A DNA stretch of 64,000 nt, taken from contig JAJDCA010000068.1 of the NCBI GenBank assembly GCA_029261055.1, positions 133,275 to 197,274 on the forward strand. Direction: 5' to 3'. A model generated the notes under the pieces. That model made no database searches. It saw only the letters and a list, made by a program, of their open reading frames with translations, and had not been told where the DNA came from. Positions 57,161-64,000 of the stretch are shown here, one piece after another (positions within the stretch are counted from its first letter, which is position 1; each line of letters starts with the position of its first letter). The position numbers were made by a program, and so were the translations under genes. Source of the stretch: Candidatus Omnitrophota bacterium. Lineage in GTDB: Bacteria > Omnitrophota > Gorgyraeia > Zapsychrales > Zapsychraceae.

Positions 57161-57814
57161 TTATGGAATCTTCGACGGTTTCACTTCCCCCCGCAAAGCT
57201 TTCTGACTAACTTCTTTAATTTGCTTCTCCATTTTCAACAATTTGTCATGCTGATATTCATCAGAATTAAAATAACTATTAAGGCTTCTACGAAGAACAA
57301 TACTAATCGCTATTGCTGCAGCACAGTTATTCCGAACAGTACTAACAAACTCATCATTTTGCGAATCTCTCTTGAAATGAACACTAAATAAATAATCACT
57401 GTAAGTATCTAGCGATTGGTTAAGCGTATCCATACTTTCAATGTAGGACTTAATCAGCGACACTTTATGGAATGGAAGCAATTTGAACAAATTACCATCC
57501 TCGAAGGCTATTCTTGCTGCCGTACTATCGACACGCTTTATACTAAAACACATTGAATTGATGTTAGAATATACCTTCAATACTTCGTGTGCTATAGAAC
57601 CATTGTATTGTGACTCTAGTACAACAAGATGCAGCCTGTGTTTTGTAATTTTATCCTGATAATTTTGATGCCAAAAATCATTTAGCCAAAAGGCAACAAG
57701 GACTCCCAGCATTGTTGCAACAAATGAAATAAGAAAATCCCGGTTACTAATAAATCTCCATAATAGTTTACACTTTTTAATAACAGTCGATATTCTCATT
57801 GTCATTCTTTTCAT
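57161..57814 (-). CDS. hypothetical membrane-anchored protein (217 aa)
   Basis: N-terminal TM (FLISFVATMLGVLVAFWL), soluble remainder without recognisable motifs. Confidence 0.35.
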   Translation of the reverse strand: MKRMTMRISTVIKKCKLLWRFISNRDFLISFVATMLGVLVAFWLNDFWHQNYQDKITKHRLHLVVLESQYNGSIAHEVLKVYSNINSMCFSIKRVDSTAARIAFEDGNLFKLLPFHKVSLIKSYIESMDTLNQSLDTYSDYLFSVHFKRDSQNDEFVSTVRNNCAAAIAISIVLRRSLNSYFNSDEYQHDKLLKMEKQIKEVSQKALRGEVKPSKIP

Positions 57815-58163
57815 TTAATAATTACTCTGTGTCTGCCCCGTTTTTTTTCCACTTAGGACACCTCTGGATAAAACCACTTAATTTCCCCATCATTCTACTC
57901 ATTAATACATTATGCAACAACAAATAACTTCAGTCTATCCTGGTGATCTTCCGAATCATAACTATGCCTAATTTGTATGCTTTCCTCGAATTCTCAAACG
58001 ACAATAGCAAAATTCCATGATTACCCCATTCATTACCCTATTACAAGAATTATTACCCCATTAACCCATCCCGAACTTCGTCACCCACATTTTTTGGCAA
58101 GACATTAAAAAAAATGTTATCCTTTATGTATCTTTCTTTAATATTAGTAAGAATTTATTTTTT

Positions 58164-60551
58164 ATGAAAAATGCACCTCACAATTTATCCAGCCGGTTTG
58201 TGGCTGTAATTACGGTAATTAGCTTTCTATTTAGCATGTTACTACCGTCTCATTCCTCCTACGCCCAAACATCACCGGCTAAATTTAATTTGCCGGCGTC
58301 CGGAACGCTTGTTTCTCTAAGCCAAGACTTCAATCCTGCTGTTATTAAAGGGCTTAAGGTTTTTCCGGACAATCCGTTTCGATTCGATTTTGTGATGGAT
58401 ACGGCAGATTCTGCTTTGGAAGGAGACCATCTTAAGCAAGAATCCGAACGGCTCATCAAATACTTCCTAGCCGCGCTTACAGTGCCGGAAGACGACCTTT
58501 GGGTCAATCTCAGCCCTTATGAGGCTGACCGCATTATCCCCGAAGCCTTTGGCCAAACTGAAATGGGCCGAGACCTCCTGGCACAAGACTTTATCCTCAA
58601 ACAGCTCACCGCCAGCTTGATGTACCCTGAAGATGAATTAGGTGAAAAATTCTGGGACCGCGTGTATGAAAAAGCCCATGCAGAATACGGCCATACGGAT
58701 ATCCCGGTCAACACCTTCAACAAAGTCTGGATTGTCCCGGAAAAGGCGGTGGTGTATGAAAATGCAAAAACTAATACCGCGTTTGTGATGGAAAGCAGAC
58801 TTAAGGTGATGTTGGAAGAGGACTACGAAGCGTTGAACAAAAATAAAATCAACGCTGAGTCCCGAGCAACCTCTGGTGAAGACCAGTTGCGAGGGATCTC
58901 CACGAATATTATCCGCGAAGTGATCATCCCCGCCATAGAACACGAAGTCAACGAAGGGACTCATTTTGCCAAACTCCGCCAAATCTACCATTCCATGATC
59001 CTCGCGACGTGGTTTAAGCGTAACCTAAAACAAAATCTACTCAACAAAATGTATGTCGACCAAAATAAAATCCCCGGTGTTGACATCGAAGACACACAGG
59101 CCAAACAAAAAATCTACAATAAGTACCTCCAAGCCTTCAAAACAGGCGCCTACGATTACATCAAAGAAGAATACGACCCCGCAACGCAGCAAATCATCCC
59201 TAAAAAATATTTCTCAGGAGGAATTCAAGGGCTTAAATTTTCCGATGATGCTATGATTGAAACAGCTCAAAATAATATTTTTGATAAAGATACTTTAACC
59301 CATACGAAATATGTGCACATTAAAGGCGGCTTACTAAGCATTACTCCCAATAAATCAAAAGACAAAGCAACCCTGAGTTCTACCGTTAATAAAACCAATC
59401 ACAATCAACCAAAAATCAGCGTTATTATTCCTAGTTACAATATGGGGAAGACCTTAGAAAAAGCAATAAATAGCGTTTTAAGGCAGACAAACAAAAATAC
59501 TGAAATCATTATTGTGGATGACGGATCGAAAGACAATACAGCAGACGTGATGAGTAGAATTATTCAAGCACACCCCAATATCATTTACATAAAAATGAAA
59601 AAAAACGGAGGCAGATCAGTTGCTTTAAACCATGCTCTAAATCTATTTACCGGTGAATACGTAGCATTCCTTGATGCCGATGATACATTTCCTGACGATA
59701 GTTTAGAGGTACGCTTAAAAGATTTCCAAGATAATCCTGATGTAGATTTTATTTACACGTCTTCCGTTAATCAAACAAACGGTGTAACACGGAGCGTTAA
59801 AAAAGTCAGGTCCATGGAAAGTTCAAGACAACTAGCCATCGCAGCATTGACAGAACTAACAACTCCAACGGCCGTGCCTACATTGATGTATAAAAGAGCC
59901 ATCTTTGATAAAACTAACCCACAACACATTCGATTTGACCCTACAGTGAGGAGATCTCAAGATTACGAATTATTATTTCAGCTTGCTGAAAAAGGATACA
60001 AATCAAAATCTCTTGATAAAATTACGTACAACTATTCACAAGATTATCACGATTTAAAAACAAGACTTAAAAATAGATTATTGACTGTAAAACCGCATAT
60101 AAAAATAACATTACGCTATGAAAAAAACTTTTTTCGTAGAATTTATTATTTTTTACTCATCTTTCGAGAAACTGCACTTAAACTTATCTGGGAGGCTATT
60201 TTCGAAAATAATGATTTTGGGCTTGATAAAAATGCAAAGAATTTAGATAAGTCTGCTCTGACCAAAAAAACCGGCGCCGATCTTGCATTATTAACGACCC
60301 CTGGAGGGATTGACCTTACACCCAATAACCTCGACCTTCAGACCCAAGGCCAAGGCGGGGATTTTGACTTTCCGTTTGCCGAGATTCCCTGTCTAGATGA
60401 TGATACGAAAGGGGCTTGCGAACGAATTAATATTGAAGAACTTGAAAACATGGACATTAACGGTCTGTCTCCTGTGATCTTCCAAATCATACCTATGCCC
60501 AATTTGCATGATTTTCTCGGCCTTGCGAATGATAATGACACAGTTTCCTGA
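58164..60551 (+). CDS. 795-aa multidomain protein: N-terminal signal/anchor plus ~400-aa unknown domain, central GT2 glycosyltransferase domain, acidic C-terminal tail
   Basis: GT-A signature ISVIIPSYNMGKTLEKAI...IIVDDGSKDNT...AFLDADD in the middle. N-terminal hydrophobic FVAVITVISFLFSMLLPSHSSYAQ. Confidence 0.55.
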   Translation: MKNAPHNLSSRFVAVITVISFLFSMLLPSHSSYAQTSPAKFNLPASGTLVSLSQDFNPAVIKGLKVFPDNPFRFDFVMDTADSALEGDHLKQESERLIKYFLAALTVPEDDLWVNLSPYEADRIIPEAFGQTEMGRDLLAQDFILKQLTASLMYPEDELGEKFWDRVYEKAHAEYGHTDIPVNTFNKVWIVPEKAVVYENAKTNTAFVMESRLKVMLEEDYEALNKNKINAESRATSGEDQLRGISTNIIREVIIPAIEHEVNEGTHFAKLRQIYHSMILATWFKRNLKQNLLNKMYVDQNKIPGVDIEDTQAKQKIYNKYLQAFKTGAYDYIKEEYDPATQQIIPKKYFSGGIQGLKFSDDAMIETAQNNIFDKDTLTHTKYVHIKGGLLSITPNKSKDKATLSSTVNKTNHNQPKISVIIPSYNMGKTLEKAINSVLRQTNKNTEIIIVDDGSKDNTADVMSRIIQAHPNIIYIKMKKNGGRSVALNHALNLFTGEYVAFLDADDTFPDDSLEVRLKDFQDNPDVDFIYTSSVNQTNGVTRSVKKVRSMESSRQLAIAALTELTTPTAVPTLMYKRAIFDKTNPQHIRFDPTVRRSQDYELLFQLAEKGYKSKSLDKITYNYSQDYHDLKTRLKNRLLTVKPHIKITLRYEKNFFRRIYYFLLIFRETALKLIWEAIFENNDFGLDKNAKNLDKSALTKKTGADLALLTTPGGIDLTPNNLDLQTQGQGGDFDFPFAEIPCLDDDTKGACERINIEELENMDINGLSPVIFQIIPMPNLHDFLGLANDNDTVS

Positions 60552-60625
60552 GAATATTTAAATTATTCCCCTCCCTCATTATTTTCATTTGCATTTTGAA
60601 AACAACTGGTCTAATATTATCCATC

Positions 60626-61600
60626 ATGAAAATACAGCTAAATGGAACAAATAAAGAGTACGTCGCCTCCCAGAATTTGAAACAATTGATTACCCAAAAT
60701 TGCAAAACGCCTACCGGGATTATTGCGGAAATTAATGGTGACATTGTCAAAGCCCCTCAATGGGAAGAAACGGTGATCAAAGACGGGGATACTGTGGAAC
60801 TGATTGCTTTTGTTGGGGGCGGATGTGGACCTGATATACCTTTAACTATTGCGGATAAAACCTTTACCAGTCGATTTTTTCTCGGTACTGGGAAGTTTAA
60901 AAATAAAACGGATCTCAGCGAAAGTATTACGGCTTCCGGCACAGAAATCGTGACCGTTGCCCTTCGCCGTATTGACTTGGAACGTCACGAAGAAAATATT
61001 CTGGAATACATTCCTAAAAATGTCACTTTATTAACCAATACCTCTGGTGCCCGTACCGCAGACGAAGCGATTCGCCTGGCCCGCCTGGCTCGTGAATCTG
61101 GTTATGGTAACTGGGTTAAAATTGAAGTCATCAATGACTCTAAATATCTATTGCCGGACAATCAAGAAACAATCAAGGCTACCGCAATTCTAGCTAAAGA
61201 AGGATTTGTAGTATTACCGTATGTAACGGCGGATCTGTATGTCGCTCGGGAGTTGGTCAAAGTTGGTGCAGCCACCATCATGCCATTAGGTTCACTCATC
61301 GGCAGCAATCAAGGATTAAAGGCTAAGGAATTTATTAAAGTCCTCATTCAAGAAATTGATATCCCTATCGTTGTGGATGCCGGCATAGGGGCTCCATCGC
61401 AGGCGGCGGAAGCTATGGAACTGGGCGCTGATGCTGTATTAGTTAATACAGCCGTGGCCACGGCAGAACATCCTGCCTTACTCGCCGAAGCCTTTGCCAT
61501 GGCCGTTAAAGCAGGACGTAAAGGTTTCTTAAGTAATCTTCCCGCACAAAAAGACATGGCTAATGCTTCGTCTCCTTTGACGGGATTTCTTTATGAATAA
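60626..61600 (+). CDS. thiG: ThiS-ThiG fusion (sulfur carrier + thiazole synthase)
   Basis: N-terminal ~66 aa ThiS ending ...VELIAFVGGG, then ThiG TIM barrel (KIEVINDSKYLLPD..., IMPLGSLIGS, VDAGIGAPSQAA). Confidence 0.75.
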   Translation: MKIQLNGTNKEYVASQNLKQLITQNCKTPTGIIAEINGDIVKAPQWEETVIKDGDTVELIAFVGGGCGPDIPLTIADKTFTSRFFLGTGKFKNKTDLSESITASGTEIVTVALRRIDLERHEENILEYIPKNVTLLTNTSGARTADEAIRLARLARESGYGNWVKIEVINDSKYLLPDNQETIKATAILAKEGFVVLPYVTADLYVARELVKVGAATIMPLGSLIGSNQGLKAKEFIKVLIQEIDIPIVVDAGIGAPSQAAEAMELGADAVLVNTAVATAEHPALLAEAFAMAVKAGRKGFLSNLPAQKDMANASSPLTGFLYE

Positions 61601-61603
61601 ACT

Positions 61604-62626
61604 ATGATCACCCTTTCTGAAATCCAAAATACTCTTGATAACTCCGACCCGGCGTTTACCGAACAATTAGCCCAAAAAGCCCAGAGCCTTACAGAACAAT
61701 ATTTTGGCCGGACCATTTCTCTTTACGCTCCCATCTACCTTTCCAATTATTGCAGCAGCCATTGCACTTACTGCGGATTCAATAGTCACAATCGTATTGA
61801 ACGCATGAAACTTACCGCTGAGCAAATGCATAAAGAAATGGCGCATGTCGCGCAAACCGGCATTGAAAATATTTTATTGCTTACTGGAGAATCTTACAAA
61901 GCAACCCCACCTTCTTATCTAAAAGAAGCCGTCTACATTGCCAAACAATATTTTACAAGCATAAGCCTGGAAGTTCATCCGATGGATACCGATGAATATC
62001 ACGAACTGTTTCTTTCCGGCGTGGACGGCATTGCGATTTATCAAGAAACATACGATCGTAACCGTTATGCCGAAGTTCACCTGAGCGGAAAAAAGAAAGA
62101 TTATGATTATCGCTGCACAACCCCGCAACGTATTGCACAATCAGGGATACGGCAAATCTCCATGGGCATTCTCCTCGGCCTCAGCACGCCTGCCGAAGAT
62201 CTCTTAGCGTTGTACACGCATTTACGCACAATGGAAAAAGACTATCCTGGCGTCGAATACAGCCTCTCTTTCCCACGCTTACGTAAAATCAAAGGCGAGG
62301 CGTATGCCTTAAGCCCTATTGACGACATCACCTTAATCAAAATAATTTGCCTCACCCGAACACTTTTTCCACGCGTCGGAATCAACTTATCCACACGGGA
62401 AAATGCTGCTCTACGTGATCATGCGATTAAACTTGGTATTACGCGCATCTCCGCCGGATCCAACACATCTGTTGGCGGTTATGATTTAAAAGATTCTAAA
62501 GATCAAGATCCTCAATTTGATATTGCCGATACCCGTTCCGTTGAAGATATGATTCAATATTTAAAACATGAAAACTTTGATCCTATTCTCACAGACTGGC
62601 GACCTGTAGAAACCGAAAACGTTTAA
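61604..62626 (+). CDS. thiH: 2-iminoacetate synthase (tyrosine lyase) ThiH, radical SAM
   Basis: YLSNYCSSHCTYCGF radical SAM motif in ThiH-specific context, downstream of thiSG. Confidence 0.75.
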   Translation: MITLSEIQNTLDNSDPAFTEQLAQKAQSLTEQYFGRTISLYAPIYLSNYCSSHCTYCGFNSHNRIERMKLTAEQMHKEMAHVAQTGIENILLLTGESYKATPPSYLKEAVYIAKQYFTSISLEVHPMDTDEYHELFLSGVDGIAIYQETYDRNRYAEVHLSGKKKDYDYRCTTPQRIAQSGIRQISMGILLGLSTPAEDLLALYTHLRTMEKDYPGVEYSLSFPRLRKIKGEAYALSPIDDITLIKIICLTRTLFPRVGINLSTRENAALRDHAIKLGITRISAGSNTSVGGYDLKDSKDQDPQFDIADTRSVEDMIQYLKHENFDPILTDWRPVETENV

Positions 62627-62642
62627 TGACCCCATACAAAAA

Positions 62643-62987
62643 ATGACTCTACTAAAAAATATTCTTAATTGGATTCTTCCAAACACACAAAACAAAACTT
62701 CTACTCGATCAAAAGAAGAACAAGACCTTATGGACCAAAAAACAGCCTCTCTGGCCCTTTATCATTTCGCCACCTGCCCTTATTGCCTCAAAGTCCGGCA
62801 TGCAATAAAACAATTGAATCTTAATATTGAATTACGTGATACCAGACAAAACAAAACATTTGCCGAAGAATTAATTCAAAGCGGAGGGAAACGACAAGTC
62901 CCCTGCTTAAGAATCACCAAAGACGATGAAAGCGTGCAGTGGATGTATGAGTCGTCGGATATTATCGACTATCTTCAAAAACAATAA
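62643..62987 (+). CDS. glutaredoxin-family protein
   Basis: CPYC active site (YHFATCPYCLKV) and ...QVPCLRI...; 114 aa. Confidence 0.65.
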   Translation: MTLLKNILNWILPNTQNKTSTRSKEEQDLMDQKTASLALYHFATCPYCLKVRHAIKQLNLNIELRDTRQNKTFAEELIQSGGKRQVPCLRITKDDESVQWMYESSDIIDYLQKQ

Positions 62988-62993
62988 TCTCAA

Positions 62994-63052
62994 CCGTAAA
63001 CGAACCTCGTAGGTTCGGGAATCCGAACCTACGAGGTTCGTTTACGGTTAAA
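62994..63052. repeat. REP-variant doublet (ccgtaaacgaacctcgtaggttcg ... cgaacctacgaggttcgtttacgg) between glutaredoxin and radC
   Basis: Same ccgtaaac...gtttacgg frame as the other REPs, with a variant core. Confidence 0.65.
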
Positions 63053-63749
63053 GCAGTCCTTCATCTAAAAAGCTGTAATATTTATTATCCCCAATAATCA
63101 CATGATCCAACAACGGAACTTGCATTATTTTTCCGGCTTTGTGGAGCTCTTCGGTGAAGTATTTATCCTGCGGACTTGGAGTTACACTCCCGGAGGGGTG
63201 GTTATGGACACAAATCAAAGCAATAGCAAAATGCTGCAAAGCTTTTTGGAAAATTTCACGGATAAAAGGATTAACCTGATCAACGGTGCCTTCGGCCTCA
63301 TCAATAATCGTGATGATTTCATGTTGCCTGTTCAGAAATACTAGTTTAAAAACTTCTCGTTTCAAATCCCGCATACGCGGCATGAGAATTTCAACAATTT
63401 CTGTAGCAGATTCAATCTTACGCGGTTTTTCCCGAATTTCATTTTCCCGGAACCGACGTCCGATTTCAATGGCTGCCTTAATCTGTGCAATTTTAGCGGC
63501 CCCCAACCCTTTAAACCGCCGCCACTGCGCTACATCCACATCACTCATATTCCGAAATGTCTTAAATTCATGAAGCATGCTACGCGCCAAATCAATAGCA
63601 CTGTTACCTTTTGTCCCGGTCCTCAACAAAATTGCTAAAAGCTCCGAATTACTTAATGTATGCTCCCCATCCCTTAATAACTTCTCTCGCGGCCTATCCT
63701 CGACCGGCCATTCATTAATCGCACTAACATAATGCCCTATTTTTTCCAT
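63048..63749 (-). CDS. radC: RadC-family JAB/MPN-domain protein (UPF0758)
   Basis: HhH region ...LLAILLRTGTKGNSAIDLA...; JAMM motif HNHPSGSVTPSPQD. Start set at MEKIGHY. Confidence 0.75.
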   Translation of the reverse strand: MEKIGHYVSAINEWPVEDRPREKLLRDGEHTLSNSELLAILLRTGTKGNSAIDLARSMLHEFKTFRNMSDVDVAQWRRFKGLGAAKIAQIKAAIEIGRRFRENEIREKPRKIESATEIVEILMPRMRDLKREVFKLVFLNRQHEIITIIDEAEGTVDQVNPFIREIFQKALQHFAIALICVHNHPSGSVTPSPQDKYFTEELHKAGKIMQVPLLDHVIIGDNKYYSFLDEGLL

Positions 63750-63774
63750 AGCTTCCCCTCTTTTAAAGATGCAG

Positions 63775-63865
63775 AGAAGCATAGGAATAAGATGCAAAGA
63801 AAAAAATAAATTAATTACTTTTTATCTCTCTACTTCTTACTTCTATGCTTCTTTCTTCTTCATAG
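63775..63865. repeat. second copy of the gaagcataggaataagatgcaaaga ... tctctacttcttacttctatgcttc inverted-repeat element
   Basis: Compare with 49380..49475. Confidence 0.45.
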
Positions 63866-64000
63866 TGAGACTTCTAAAGGGATGAGAACCGGGTGGGGAA
63901 AAATTATCTTACACAAACATGCGGAAGTAGTAAATAATTTTTTTACCTCTTACCACTTAACAAGCATTTTCCGAATTTCCTGCTGACAATTTTTTGTCTT

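Noticed and set aside
60552-60625. Expected TPP riboswitch upstream of thiSG
   Set aside because: No CUGAGA / ACCUGAUCUGGAUAAUGCCAGCG-like thi-box elements in the 74-bp leader.
29401-63052. Dispersed palindromic repeats as a CRISPR array
   Set aside because: Copies are irregularly spaced, individually palindromic, of several unrelated families and lie at gene ends, so they are REP/terminator-like and not a direct-repeat/spacer array. No cas genes are present.

Overview
AT-rich (about 38-40% GC by eye) window from a Gram-negative-type bacterium; no 16S rRNA or other marker here allows a lineage call. Almost every gene lies on the minus strand and is tightly packed. Five blocks are visible. 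(1) 1-14.6 kb: a surface-glycan locus. It holds a NAD-epimerase/dehydratase, a SIS isomerase, a PseB-like UDP-GlcNAc 4,6-dehydratase, UDP-galactopyranose mutase and two GT2 enzymes. It also holds a radical-SAM/SPASM enzyme, a Zn-ribbon SAM methyltransferase, a truncated duplicate of the SPASM C-terminus, a divergent B12-binding radical SAM, and polytopic-membrane plus TPR proteins that look like GT-C (PMT/ArnT/TMTC-type) glycosyltransferases. (2) 14.9-33.4 kb: one very long same-strand cluster for corrinoid salvage, lower-ligand synthesis and uptake. Gene order is btuB-like receptor (behind a cobalamin riboswitch), exbB, exbD, tonB, btuFCD-like ABC transporter, an Fe-S protein, cbiA, a vapBC insertion, cobQ, cbiZ, bluB, cobC, cobU, cobT, cobS, a large double-hairpin element, cobD, cbiB, cobO. 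(3) 33.4-43.9 kb: a second ExbB/ExbD pair in an operon with a 799-aa TPR protein and a membrane-anchored vWA protein. It is followed by a 1075-aa membrane/TPR protein translationally coupled to a secreted six-PKD-repeat protein. (4) 43.9-56.5 kb: housekeeping genes (MtaB-like, DusB, Lpd-like, ABC-2 exporter, LeuS). This block contains a REPtron, i.e. a REP-associated tyrosine transposase (RAYT) flanked by REP doublets, inserted between comEA and comEC. (5) 56.5-64 kb: small membrane proteins, an unusual 795-aa GT2 fusion protein, thiS-thiG fusion, thiH, glutaredoxin and radC. At least six families of dispersed palindromic intergenic repeats occur. No CRISPR array, rRNA or tRNA was seen.
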